From the NCBI GenBank assembly GCA_947381905.1, contig CANCXL010000005.1, positions 2,860 through 66,859 on the forward strand: a DNA stretch of 64,000 nucleotides. The letters run 5' to 3'. The stretch is from an uncultured Clostridiaceae bacterium. Its GTDB lineage: Bacteria > Bacillota > Clostridia > TANB77 > CAG-465. Below are positions 54,761 to 64,000 of this stretch, in pieces (positions within the stretch are counted from its first letter, which is position 1; the number at the start of each line of letters is the position of its first letter). The notes below the pieces were generated by a model. That model did no database searches. It saw only the letters and a list, made by a program, of their open reading frames with translations, and was not told the origin of the DNA. The position numbers and the translations under genes were made by a program.

Positions 54761-55999
54761 ATGAGCAAAATTTCACGTAGCATAGTAGTAGCAATATTTG
54801 TAGTATTAATTTCATTTTTATGTATAACAGATTTTGTATATGTAAATAAAGTAGAATCTGTAGTAAAAACAGTTAGCAATTGGAGTAAAATCGGATATGT
54901 AATTTTAATTATTGTCCTTGTTTCGTTATATACATATGTAAGAGAAAAGATATCCAGAAAAAAACTTCAAAAAAAATTAGCTAATTTATATAAATATACA
55001 TATATAGTATTAGTGATGCTAGCTACTACATTTTTTAAAGTATATAAAATAATAAACTTATATCCTAAAGGAACATTAGTATTATACTTTGTGTTAGTAT
55101 ATCTTATTGGAATACTTGCACAACAGATAATATTTAATGTATCTAAAAGTGATGTACTATCTATTTTAAGCATGTTTGTTACTTTTACACTTCCAAGTGT
55201 GATTGATGATAAAGTTGTAGATATAAATTCTAAGTTTATTACAGTATTTGTTTTAGCTTCAATATACTTAACACAAATATTATTAGATGAACTTAAACAG
55301 TTAAACATTAAAAATAGAAAGTATCTAATTGAAGCAGTATTACTTGGAATAGTAATGGGGATAAGCACAATAGTTGGTGTGAATTATTTAGTATGGATAG
55401 GACTAGCTATTGTATCTGTATTTATAACTTCTAATTTAGATTCTACGAGCTTGAATTTATCTAGTAGACAAAATAGAACAATTAAAAGAAGAAAAAATAA
55501 TTATTTTATATATAAAATTGAAAGAATAAAAATAAGTAAATTAATAATATCATTATGTCTTGTAACAGTAATATGTGGAGGAATATATATTTGTGGCAGA
55601 AGTATAGTAACAGCACTTGCAAATCATGGCAATGATATATGCATAAATATTGTAAATGATTTAAGAACTGGTATTAATACAAAAACAGATATGAGTTTTT
55701 CTAATATAAAAGAACAAGCATATAATTTTGCTAGTATGTCTACAAGATTTTATATAGTATGTTATTTGTATATAATATGTATGGAAATACTTGCTATCGT
55801 ATTAAAAAGAAAGTATGATACAAAATCTACAGCAATAAAAATAGTATTTATGATGTTATATGGATTAATAACTATATTTAAGCTTGATATTATATACTAT
55901 CAACCAATACTTACAATTATGTTAGTTATAATATGTATAGTAAACACAACTAATATATATTATAACAGAGAAGAAAGAATAAAAATGATAGAAGCATAA
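54761..55999 (+). CDS. Hypothetical polytopic membrane protein (about 10 TM)
   Basis: 412 aa, strongly hydrophobic with short basic loops, no recognisable motif. 20 nt downstream of the nucleotidyltransferase gene. Confidence 0.6.
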   Translation: MSKISRSIVVAIFVVLISFLCITDFVYVNKVESVVKTVSNWSKIGYVILIIVLVSLYTYVREKISRKKLQKKLANLYKYTYIVLVMLATTFFKVYKIINLYPKGTLVLYFVLVYLIGILAQQIIFNVSKSDVLSILSMFVTFTLPSVIDDKVVDINSKFITVFVLASIYLTQILLDELKQLNIKNRKYLIEAVLLGIVMGISTIVGVNYLVWIGLAIVSVFITSNLDSTSLNLSSRQNRTIKRRKNNYFIYKIERIKISKLIISLCLVTVICGGIYICGRSIVTALANHGNDICINIVNDLRTGINTKTDMSFSNIKEQAYNFASMSTRFYIVCYLYIICMEILAIVLKRKYDTKSTAIKIVFMMLYGLITIFKLDIIYYQPILTIMLVIICIVNTTNIYYNREERIKMIEA

Positions 56000-56017
56000 G
56001 AAAGAAGGTGTAAGAAG

Positions 56018-57829
56018 GTGCCATATTATTCAGGTGATTTAATTGAAGAAGTTATATCTCAAAATGATGTAGTCGAAGTTATATCTGAATATGTTACTCT
56101 TAAAAAGAGTGGAAGAAATTATATGGGACTATGTCCTTTTCATAGAGAAAAGTCACCTTCTTTTTGTGTGTCTATGGACAAGCAAATCTTTAAATGCTTT
56201 GGTTGTTCTGAAGGCGGAAATGTTATATCATTTATAATGAAGACAGAAAATCTAGATTTTTGGGATGCTGTTGAAATGCTTGCTGAACGTGCAAATATTG
56301 ATACTTCTAGATATGAGGTTAACAGTTATTATAATAAAATGGACTCTACAAAAAAAGATTTAAGAGAGACTATGTTTAAAATAAATCGAGATGTGGCTCT
56401 ATTTTATCATGATAACTTAGTAGAACTTCTAAAGGAAGAAAGCAATCCCGTTAAAGAGTATATTATTTCTAGAAAATTAGATATAAAGACAATTAATAAA
56501 TTTGGTATAGGATATTCAACAGGAAAAGAACCTTTATATGATTATTTAAAAAACAAAGGCTACACTCACGATGAGATAATGTCTGCAGATATTATAATTC
56601 CAAGTAAGAGTGGAAGAGTTTATGACAGATTTTTCGATAGAATAATGTTTCCTATTTTTGATATAAGAGATAGAGTTGTAGCATTTGGTGGAAGAGCATT
56701 TGGACCTAAAGTTCAAGATAAAACAATTCCTAAATATTATAATTCACAAGAAAATGATATTTATCATAAGGGAAAAACTTTATATCTTATGAATTATGCC
56801 AAAAGAGAAAAAGTAGATAATATAATAATAGTCGAAGGATATATGGATGCGGTTGCACTTCAAAAATTTGGTTTTACAAATGCTGTAGCATCTTTAGGAA
56901 CTGCTCTTACAGAAAATCAAGCAAGACTAATAAAAAAATATACAGACAATGTTGTAATTGGATATGATGCAGATGAAGCGGGACAGGCCGCTATTCTTAG
57001 AGGTTTAGATATTTTGGCAAGTCATGGATTAAATGTAAAGGTACTAAAACTTGATAGACCAGATGCCAAGGATCCAGATGAGTATTTAAATAAATATGGA
57101 CCAGAAAGATTAAAAAAATGTATAGATAATGCTATATCACTTGTAGAATTTAAAGTTTCTATTTTAGAAAAAGATTTTAATCCAGAAATTTTAGAGTCAA
57201 AAGTTAGATTTTTAACAGGTGTAGCTAATATACTTGCAAAAATAGATAATAATATTGAAAGAGACTTGTATATAGATAGAATTTCAAAAAAATATGGAAT
57301 GAGTCCTGGACCAATTTTAAAAGAAGTAGAAAAAGGACTAAAGAATAAAAAAGAAGATAGTATTTTTATAGATATGAATGCATTAAATAAGAAAATGCAA
57401 TTAATTACAAATGTTAGAAAAAGGCAAGAGCAGTATATTGTAGCTTTAATGCTATCAAAGAAAAAGAAAATACAAGAAGAAATAATTAATAACATTTCGT
57501 CTTATGATATTGAAGATGAAAATGTAAGAAAACTATATGATTTCATCTTATCTTTAAGAGATAAGTATGATATAAATAAAATTGATATCTTATCAAAAAT
57601 ACAAGATGAAGATATGATAAAGGAAATTACCGATATAATGTATATCGACATTTCAGGATATGAAGAAAGGTTACTTCAAGATGTATTAAAGAATAAGAAA
57701 AAAGAGAAACTATTTACAAGAAGAGATGAGATTATAAAAAGACTTAGTGAAGACATCTCTAAAGATGAAGGCGACATATTAAAAGTTGAATTAAATCAAA
57801 TTGTAATTGAGCTTTCGAAGTTGAAGTAA
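56018..57829 (+). CDS. dnaG: DNA primase
   Basis: Zinc finger CPFHREKSPSFCVSMDKQIFKCFGC; TOPRIM IIVEGYMDAVAL...GYDADEAG. GTG start with RBS GAAGGTG. Confidence 0.95.
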   Translation: MPYYSGDLIEEVISQNDVVEVISEYVTLKKSGRNYMGLCPFHREKSPSFCVSMDKQIFKCFGCSEGGNVISFIMKTENLDFWDAVEMLAERANIDTSRYEVNSYYNKMDSTKKDLRETMFKINRDVALFYHDNLVELLKEESNPVKEYIISRKLDIKTINKFGIGYSTGKEPLYDYLKNKGYTHDEIMSADIIIPSKSGRVYDRFFDRIMFPIFDIRDRVVAFGGRAFGPKVQDKTIPKYYNSQENDIYHKGKTLYLMNYAKREKVDNIIIVEGYMDAVALQKFGFTNAVASLGTALTENQARLIKKYTDNVVIGYDADEAGQAAILRGLDILASHGLNVKVLKLDRPDAKDPDEYLNKYGPERLKKCIDNAISLVEFKVSILEKDFNPEILESKVRFLTGVANILAKIDNNIERDLYIDRISKKYGMSPGPILKEVEKGLKNKKEDSIFIDMNALNKKMQLITNVRKRQEQYIVALMLSKKKKIQEEIINNISSYDIEDENVRKLYDFILSLRDKYDINKIDILSKIQDEDMIKEITDIMYIDISGYEERLLQDVLKNKKKEKLFTRRDEIIKRLSEDISKDEGDILKVELNQIVIELSKLK

Positions 57830-57844
57830 AAAGGAGTATGTATA

Positions 57845-59062
57845 ATGGAAGAAAAAAAAGAAACAGTACAAAAAGAAAAGGTAAAAAAATTTATTGATGA
57901 TGCTGTTAAAGCTAAAAAAATTCAAATGAAGGATGTTATTGAGTTTATTAGTAAAGAAGATATAGACTCAGAATATGTAACAAAAATCTATGATGAATTA
58001 GATAAAGCAAAAGTTAAGTTAGTTTTAGACGAAGAAGATGAGGACAAAGACTTACTTATTGACGGAAAAATTAAAGAAGAATTAGAAGAAGATCCAGATA
58101 AAAAAGATGACGATAGCATTGCAGTAGCAGATCTAGATATTGAACCTAATCTTGAAGATATTGATGAAACTGAAAAAGATTTATTATTCCAAGATATGCA
58201 AGATATGTCATTTGTTGATAGCCTTAATGTAGATGATCCTGTTAAAATGTTTCTTAAAGAAATAGGAAAAATTAGACTATTAACTTTTGAAGAGGAAAAT
58301 ATCCTTGCTGAAAGAATGGTAAATGGAGATAAAGAGGCTAAAAAACAACTTATCGAATCTAACTTACGTCTTGTAGTAAGTATTGCCAAAAAGTATATTG
58401 GAAGAGGAATGAATTTCCTAGATTTAATTCAAGAAGGAAATTTAGGACTAATAAAAGCAGTAGATAAATTTGATCAAACTAAAGGATATAAGTTTTCAAC
58501 ATATGCTACATGGTGGATAAGACAAGCTATAACAAGAGCAATAGCAGATCAGGCAAGAACAATAAGAATACCAGTTCATATGGTAGAAACAATAAATAAA
58601 TTAATAAAAACATCAAGACATCTATTACAAACTTTAGGTAGAGAGCCTACTCCAGAAGAAATTGCAGTAGAACTTGAAATGCCAGTTGAAAAAGTAAGAG
58701 ATATATTAAAAGTATCTCAAGAACCAATTTCACTTGAAACACCAGTTGGTGAAGAAGATGAGAGTAATTTAGGAAACTTTATTCCAGACGATGATGCTCC
58801 ATCTCCATCAGAGCAAGCTGCTGACACATTACTTAGAGAACATATTGAAGAAGTAATGCAAACTCTTACACCAAGGGAAGCCAAAGTACTAAAATTAAGA
58901 TTTGGACTTGAAGATGGTAGAATGAGAACATTAGAAGAAGTTGGTAGAGAATTTGATGTAACTCGTGAAAGAATAAGACAAATTGAAGCTAAAGCTTTAA
59001 GAAAATTAAGACACCCAAGTAGAAGTAAAAAGCTTAAAGATTTTATGAGTAGTGATATATAA
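57845..59062 (+). CDS. sigA: Primary RNA polymerase sigma factor (sigma-A / RpoD)
   Basis: Acidic region 1; region 2 [18 protein letters not shown]...[19 protein letters not shown]; region 4 [29 protein letters not shown]. Confidence 0.97.
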   Translation: MEEKKETVQKEKVKKFIDDAVKAKKIQMKDVIEFISKEDIDSEYVTKIYDELDKAKVKLVLDEEDEDKDLLIDGKIKEELEEDPDKKDDDSIAVADLDIEPNLEDIDETEKDLLFQDMQDMSFVDSLNVDDPVKMFLKEIGKIRLLTFEEENILAERMVNGDKEAKKQLIESNLRLVVSIAKKYIGRGMNFLDLIQEGNLGLIKAVDKFDQTKGYKFSTYATWWIRQAITRAIADQARTIRIPVHMVETINKLIKTSRHLLQTLGREPTPEEIAVELEMPVEKVRDILKVSQEPISLETPVGEEDESNLGNFIPDDDAPSPSEQAADTLLREHIEEVMQTLTPREAKVLKLRFGLEDGRMRTLEEVGREFDVTRERIRQIEAKALRKLRHPSRSKKLKDFMSSDI

Positions 59063-59074
59063 AGGGGAAGATTT

Positions 59075-59539
59075 ATGAGTATTATAATTGCATTAGTAGT
59101 AATATTATATTTAGTATTTTTTGCATTTGGATTTATTTCTTATGCATTCAATTCATATGGATTATATGAGCTTGCAAAAAAGGAATCAGAAAAAAGTCCA
59201 GCACTTGCTTGGATTCCATATATTAATAAGTATACACTTGGAAGGATTGCATTTAAATCAAATGTTCAAGGAATAATATTAACTGCACTTGGAATTATAA
59301 GTATAGTATTATCAATAATCGTTTTATTTATAAAAACTACAAAAACAGTATTATTAGAACTTGCAATTGCAAGCATTGCTATTTCTGCAGTTCTTACAAT
59401 ATATACATTTATAGCAAGATATAAAATATACAAAAAATATAGTAAAAGCACAGTATTAATGACAATATTAGATATTGTATCATGTGGTATACTAGGACCA
59501 TTCTTTATATTTGCTATTAGAAATAATGAGAAAAAATAA
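59075..59539 (+). CDS. Hypothetical membrane protein (4 TM)
   Basis: 154 aa, hydrophobic, RBS AGGGGAAG, directly after sigA. Confidence 0.55.
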   Translation: MSIIIALVVILYLVFFAFGFISYAFNSYGLYELAKKESEKSPALAWIPYINKYTLGRIAFKSNVQGIILTALGIISIVLSIIVLFIKTTKTVLLELAIASIAISAVLTIYTFIARYKIYKKYSKSTVLMTILDIVSCGILGPFFIFAIRNNEKK

Positions 59540-59548
59540 TATAGACTA

Positions 59549-59572
59549 AAAGGAGCAATATGCTCCTTTTTT
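59549..59572 (+). terminator. Terminator ending the dnaG-sigA transcription unit
   Basis: AGGAGCA-ATA-TGCTCCT followed by TTTTT. Confidence 0.65.
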
Positions 59573-59598
59573 CTATATCTACTAAGCGTAGATATAGA
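59572..59598. promoter_or_regulatory. Perfect 10-bp inverted repeat upstream of the XRE regulator gene (candidate operator)
   Basis: TCTATATCTA-N7-TAGATATAGA, about 20 nt upstream of a TTTACA-17-TATAGT promoter (59618-59646). Confidence 0.35.
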
Positions 59599-59672
59599 AA
59601 ACTCAACGATTAGTATGTTTACAAATATATAATAGTTTAGTATAGTATAAACATATAAGTGAGGAGAAAGAT

Positions 59673-60443
59673 ATGAATCAATTAAAAATCGGGAAATTTA
59701 TTGCAGAGTGTAGAAAAGAGAAAAAACTTACTCAAAATCAACTTGCAGAAAAGCTAAATATAACAGATAGAGCAATTTCAAAATGGGAAACTGGAAAAGG
59801 GATGCCAGACTGTTCAATAATGCTTAACTTATGTGATGAACTAGGGATAAATGTTAATGAACTATTGACTGGTGAAAAAATTAATGAAAAAGATTATAAA
59901 GAAAAGGCAGACGAAAATATAGTGTCTATGATAGAAATAGTAGATAAAAATAAAAAAATATCTAAAAAAATGATTTTAATTTGTGCAACTATAATTTGTG
60001 CAATATTAATATATATAATGGCTAAAATAGGATACAATTATGTAGAAACAACTGTAAATTATGATGGAAGAATAATTACTTGCAGTATTACTGATAATGA
60101 AATTATATATAATATAGAAGGAATAGATGTATTAAAACCATATTATGAAGTTGTGAGTACAGGAGATGAAACTTTAATTTTCTTTACGAATAAAATACGT
60201 GTAGCAGATAAAATAGAAAGTCATAGACAAACATGGGAAAGCATGGCCGAGTTAATTTATGGTAAAAATGATCATATAAGAAAAACAGAAATAGTTATAC
60301 CTAAAAAAGATATACTAAATAATCAAAATAATAGTATTAAGGTATATTATACAGAAGAACCTTTAAACAAGATAAAACATGCAAATGAAGAAAAACTAAA
60401 AGAAGTAATAAATGACTCATATTTAATCAAAGAGCAAAAATAA
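59673..60443 (+). CDS. Membrane-anchored XRE-family helix-turn-helix transcriptional regulator
   Basis: IGKFIAECRKEKKLTQNQLAEKLNITDRAISKWETGKGMP HTH; TM MILICATIICAILIYIMAKI; ~130-aa extracytoplasmic C-terminus. Confidence 0.8.
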   Translation: MNQLKIGKFIAECRKEKKLTQNQLAEKLNITDRAISKWETGKGMPDCSIMLNLCDELGINVNELLTGEKINEKDYKEKADENIVSMIEIVDKNKKISKKMILICATIICAILIYIMAKIGYNYVETTVNYDGRIITCSITDNEIIYNIEGIDVLKPYYEVVSTGDETLIFFTNKIRVADKIESHRQTWESMAELIYGKNDHIRKTEIVIPKKDILNNQNNSIKVYYTEEPLNKIKHANEEKLKEVINDSYLIKEQK

Positions 60444-60466
60444 ATTTAAATTTACATAAAGAGCAC

Positions 60467-60495
60467 TTGACAAAGTGCTTTTTAAGATATATAAT
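60467..60495 (+). promoter_or_regulatory. Consensus sigma-A promoter of the ctsR operon
   Basis: TTGACA (60467-60472), 17-nt spacer, TATAAT (60490-60495). Confidence 0.7.
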
Positions 60496-60513
60496 AGTCA
60501 AAGAAAGTCAAAG
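60496..60513 (+). promoter_or_regulatory. CtsR operator (tandem heptad direct repeat)
   Basis: AGTCAAAGAAAGTCAAAG matches (A/G)GTCAAA-NAN-(A/G)GTCAAA, immediately downstream of the -10. Confidence 0.85.
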
Positions 60514-60533
60514 TTAAATAAAAGGAGGCTAAA

Positions 60534-60980
60534 ATGAATTTATCAGATTTAATTGAGGAATATATAATGAATGCAATATCAGATGAACAGGAAGTAGAAC
60601 TAAAAAGAAGTGAAATAGCACAGGCTTTTAACTGTGTACCTTCACAAATTAATTATGTTATTTCCACTAGATTTATACCTGAACTAGGATTTTATGTTGA
60701 AAGTAAAAGAGGGGGAAATGGATATATAAAAATAAGTAGAATAAATCTTACTAAATACGATTTTTTAAAAGATTTAATTGAGAAGATAGGTCGAAGCATG
60801 TCACAAAGTGTAATGGACGTTTACTTAAGAGAGCTACTAGAATATAATGTAATTGATGAGAAGAATGCAAATATTATAAGTGCGGCCTTATCTGAAAAGA
60901 GCATGTTACAAGTAGATAAATTAAAAAGAGATCAAGTAAGAGCAGATATGTTTAAAAATATACTTGTTAATTTAATTTAA
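60534..60980 (+). CDS. ctsR: Class III stress gene repressor CtsR
   Basis: LSDLIEEYI...KRSEIAQAFNCVPSQINYVISTRF...GFYVESKRGGNGYIKI. Confidence 0.95.
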   Translation: MNLSDLIEEYIMNAISDEQEVELKRSEIAQAFNCVPSQINYVISTRFIPELGFYVESKRGGNGYIKISRINLTKYDFLKDLIEKIGRSMSQSVMDVYLRELLEYNVIDEKNANIISAALSEKSMLQVDKLKRDQVRADMFKNILVNLI

Positions 60981-60996
60981 GAGGAGGAATGTTAAA

Positions 60997-61467
60997 ATGA
61001 AATGTTCAAAATGTGGAAAAAATAATGCTAATATTACATATAATCAAAATATAAATGGAGAAGTTACAAATTTAAATTTATGTGAGGAGTGTGCACATAA
61101 ACTAGGTATATTTAATTCTTTTGATGATATATTTTCACCAATGGTATTAGATTTAGATTATATCCTACCTGAGGAAATTAAATGTAAAAAATGTGGATAC
61201 ACTTTATCAAAATATAGAAATAGTGGTCTTTTCGGATGTGATTCATGTTATGATACATTTAAAAATGAGATTGATTCAATATTACTTAAATTACAAGGCA
61301 AAAATAGAAATGTTCAAAAGCTAGAATCAAATAAAAATGATAAACCAGAGTCACAAGAGGAAAAGTTAAGAAAAGAATTAGAGCAACTAGTTAAAGATGA
61401 AAAGTTTGAAGAGGCAGCAGTAGTTAGAGATAAGATAAAAAAATTAGAAAGAAAAGGTGATAAATAA
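60997..61467 (+). CDS. mcsA: Protein-arginine kinase activator McsA (zinc fingers plus UVR motif)
   Basis: CSKCGK...CEEC and CKKCGY...CDSC; C-terminal UVR helix EEKLRKELEQLVKDEKFEEAAVVRDKIKKLE. Confidence 0.9.
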   Translation: MKCSKCGKNNANITYNQNINGEVTNLNLCEECAHKLGIFNSFDDIFSPMVLDLDYILPEEIKCKKCGYTLSKYRNSGLFGCDSCYDTFKNEIDSILLKLQGKNRNVQKLESNKNDKPESQEEKLRKELEQLVKDEKFEEAAVVRDKIKKLERKGDK

Positions 61468-62438
61468 TGGATAAATTTGAAGATGTTGTATTAACTACTA
61501 GAATTAGATTTGCAAGAAATATTAAAGGAAAGAAATTTACAAATAACATGTCATCACATGAAAAAGAGGATTTACTTTTACAAATAAAAGACAAATTAAA
61601 GAATGATTATAATGTTTTAAGATTATCAGACATTGATGATGTTACTAAAAAATCACTAGTAGAAATCCATACTATTTCTAAAGAACTTATAAATGAGAAC
61701 GATAGCGCAATTATACATGATGAAAAAAATAATATAGTAATAATGATAAATGAAGAAGATCATTTTAGAATTCAAGCTTTTGCAAATGGATTTGATACAG
61801 AAGAAACATACAGAAACATTAAAGAGGCAGATAAGATAATATCTAAAAATATAGAATACGCTATAAATAAAGATTATGGATATATAACAGCATGTCCTAC
61901 ATGCATAGGAACAGGAATGAGGGTATCAGTAATGCTACATTTACCATCACTTGAAAAAATTCATGCATTAGATAGAGTATTTAGTAATATTTCTAATTTA
62001 GGAATTGCAATACGTGGTATGTATGGAGAAAATTCTAATAGTGAGTGTGCAATTTATCAAATTTCTAATCAAAAAACAATCGGAATGACTGAAAAGGATA
62101 TAATAAAGAAAGTAAATGAGGTTACAAGTTATTTAGTAAAGCAAGAAAGAAAAGCAAGAGAAATGCTTGAAACAAGAATCGAAGTAAAAGACGATATATT
62201 AAGATCTTATGGAATATTAAAATATGCTGAGCTTGTATCTAAAAAAGAAGCAATGAGATTATTATCAAATATATATTTAGGAATAAATATGAAGTATATA
62301 AATGATATTAAATTATATAATATAAAAGAGCTAATGGAAGAGGTAGGAATTAATACATTAAGAAAAAAATTAAAAGATAATTTTTTAATAGAGGAAGAAA
62401 ATATAAGAAGAGCAGAATATATTAAATCTAAAATATAA
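61467..62438 (+). CDS. mcsB: Protein arginine kinase McsB
   Basis: VLTTRIRFARNI...; INEEDHFRIQ; TACPTCIGTGMRVSVMLHLP; GMYGE. Start overlaps the mcsA stop (TAATG). Confidence 0.92.
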   Translation: MDKFEDVVLTTRIRFARNIKGKKFTNNMSSHEKEDLLLQIKDKLKNDYNVLRLSDIDDVTKKSLVEIHTISKELINENDSAIIHDEKNNIVIMINEEDHFRIQAFANGFDTEETYRNIKEADKIISKNIEYAINKDYGYITACPTCIGTGMRVSVMLHLPSLEKIHALDRVFSNISNLGIAIRGMYGENSNSECAIYQISNQKTIGMTEKDIIKKVNEVTSYLVKQERKAREMLETRIEVKDDILRSYGILKYAELVSKKEAMRLLSNIYLGINMKYINDIKLYNIKELMEEVGINTLRKKLKDNFLIEEENIRRAEYIKSKI

Positions 62439-62456
62439 TGAAAGGGGAGATAAAAT

Positions 62457-64000
62457 ATGTATGAATTTACTGATAGCGCAAGAAGAGTTATTGAGCTTGC
62501 AAGAGATTTTTCATTTGAACATAATTACTCGTATATAGGAACAGAACATATCTTATATGGATTAATTGCAGAAGATGAAGGATTAGGAGCAACAATACTA
62601 AAAAAGCAAGACTTAAGCGCAGAATATATAGAACAAGAAATAATTAAAATAGATGGATTAATGCATACAGTTGTAGATGAAGAAGATATAGATTTTACTC
62701 CAAGAGCAAAAAGAATTATTGCTAATAGCCAAAAAGAAGCAATAAGAATGGGACAAAATTATGTTGGTTCAGAGCATATATTACTTGCATTAATGAGAGA
62801 AATAGATAGTGTTGCTGTAAGAATTCTTATTGATTCAGATGTGGATCCTCAAAAGATATTTACAGAGCTTTTAAGAATACTTGGGGAAGAATCTCCAATA
62901 TCTAAAACATATAATGATCCAGCAAATATAGATAATAAGTCTAGTCAAAATACACCTACTCTAAATCAATATGGAAAAGATTTATCAGACTTTGCAAAGC
63001 AAGGAAAACTTGATCCTGTAATAGGAAGAGAGAAAGAGATAGAAAGAGTAATTGAGATTTTAAGTAGAAGAACTAAAAATAATCCATGCTTAATTGGTGA
63101 ACCAGGAGTTGGAAAAACTGCTGTCGTTGAAGGTCTTGCACAAATGATATTTGAAAATAATGTGCCAGAAATTTTAAAAGGAAAAAGGGTTGTGTCTTTA
63201 GACATGGCATCTATGATAGCGGGAGCAAAATATAGAGGAGAATTTGAAGAAAGATTAAAAAAGGCATTACAAGAAATAAAAAATGCTAAAAATGTGATAT
63301 TATTTATTGATGAGATACATACAATAGTTGGTGCTGGTTCTGCAGAAGGAGCAATGGATGCAGCTAATATTTTAAAACCACTTCTATCTCGTGGAGAAAT
63401 TCAGGTAATAGGTGCTACTACTTTAAATGAATATAGAAAGTATATAGAAAAGGATAGTGCACTTGAAAGAAGGTTTCAAAGCGTTATTGTAGAAGAGCCA
63501 AGTATTGAAGATACTATAGAAATACTTAGGGGGCTTAAAGATAAATATGAGGCACATCATAAAGTTAAAATAACAGATGAGGCAATTAAAGAAGCAACAA
63601 TATTATCTGAAAGATATATAACAGATAGATTTTTACCAGATAAGGCAATAGACTTAATAGATGAAGCTTGTTCTAAAGTAAAAATAAAAAGTTTAACAAA
63701 GCCAGATAGCTTTAAAAACTTGGAAAAAGAGCTAGAGAAAAAATCAAAAGAAAAAGAAGAAGCTATTATATCGCAAAACTTTGAAAAAGCTGCGAAGATA
63801 AGAGATGAACAAAATGAACTAAAAGAAAAAATAAAAAAGCAAAATGAAAAATGGGAAAGAAATGAAAATAAGAAAGAAATTTCTATAGTAAAGGAAGATA
63901 TTTGTGAGGTTGTATCAAATTGGACAAAAATTCCAGCAAGTAAATTAACAGAGACAGAAACAGAAAAACTTAAAAACTTAGATAAAGATTTAAAAGAAAA
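62457..64000 (+). CDS. clpC: ATP-dependent Clp protease ATP-binding subunit ClpC (5' partial; runs off the window end)
   Basis: Not in the ORF track because it has no stop in the window. Clp_N repeats [12 protein letters not shown] / [12 protein letters not shown]; Walker [17 protein letters not shown]; ILFIDEIHT; UVR-like [11 protein letters not shown]. Confidence 0.93.
   Translation, partial: MYEFTDSARRVIELARDFSFEHNYSYIGTEHILYGLIAEDEGLGATILKKQDLSAEYIEQEIIKIDGLMHTVVDEEDIDFTPRAKRIIANSQKEAIRMGQNYVGSEHILLALMREIDSVAVRILIDSDVDPQKIFTELLRILGEESPISKTYNDPANIDNKSSQNTPTLNQYGKDLSDFAKQGKLDPVIGREKEIERVIEILSRRTKNNPCLIGEPGVGKTAVVEGLAQMIFENNVPEILKGKRVVSLDMASMIAGAKYRGEFEERLKKALQEIKNAKNVILFIDEIHTIVGAGSAEGAMDAANILKPLLSRGEIQVIGATTLNEYRKYIEKDSALERRFQSVIVEEPSIEDTIEILRGLKDKYEAHHKVKITDEAIKEATILSERYITDRFLPDKAIDLIDEACSKVKIKSLTKPDSFKNLEKELEKKSKEKEEAIISQNFEKAAKIRDEQNELKEKIKKQNEKWERNENKKEISIVKEDICEVVSNWTKIPASKLTETETEKLKNLDKDLKE

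Noticed and set aside
56003-56020. Direct repeat AGAAGGTG-TA-AGAAGGTG in front of dnaG
   Set aside because: It is most simply a duplicated Shine-Dalgarno-like sequence providing the RBS for the GTG start. It is too short to call a regulatory repeat.

Overview
This is a chromosomal window from a visibly very AT-rich (GC not computed), endospore-forming Firmicute. It is most likely class Clostridia; that is an inference from gene content: rpsD inside the alpha operon, spoIIAA/AB, spoIIM, spoIIP, gpr, spoVAC-D-E, yunB, a SipL-like LysM protein and a class B sortase. I can support about 75 protein genes, roughly 90% on the + strand. I found no rRNA, tRNA or CRISPR array.

Gene content, in order:
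- a decayed IS200 relic
- tsaC
- the distal spc/alpha ribosomal block: adk-map-infA-rpmJ-rpsM-rpsK-rpsD-rpoA-rplQ
- a small accessory island with an ECF sigma factor, an anti-sigma factor and a paralogue
- tmcAL, rnhA, spoIIM, xerD, srtB
- spoIIAA-spoIIAB, with no sigF
- hslO, two pseudouridine synthases, rpsU, an S41 protease, veg
- a SipL-like gene and yunB
- housekeeping enzymes
- an inverted rplM-rpsI pair
- an HD/degenerate-EAL protein
- LexA-boxed recA, then recX and an ABC-type ATPase
- deoD and scpA, with no scpB
- a divergent GroES/GroEL pair
- mrnC, coat-F genes, spoVAC-D-E, spoIIP
- topA-trmFO-holA and gpr
- an unknown locus: a 51-codon ORF, a 332-aa protein and a 1285-aa MucBP-repeat wall-anchored protein
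- dnaG-sigA and ctsR-mcsA-mcsB-clpC (clpC is partial)

Most of the window is core genome, but the conserved Firmicute gene order is broken repeatedly. I see no clear-cut known defence or mobile system.

The most unusual items are:
- the FWKxEWK-module pair next to the giant adhesin
- the CIRCE-less, tail-less GroESL paralogue sitting where scpB is expected
- spoIIAA-spoIIAB lacking sigF
- the ECF island with tandem paralogous extracytoplasmic proteins
- an L17 with a roughly 50-aa internal insertion
- a catalytically degenerate EAL domain

All functional calls rest on motif recognition by eye. No database search or alignment program was run.
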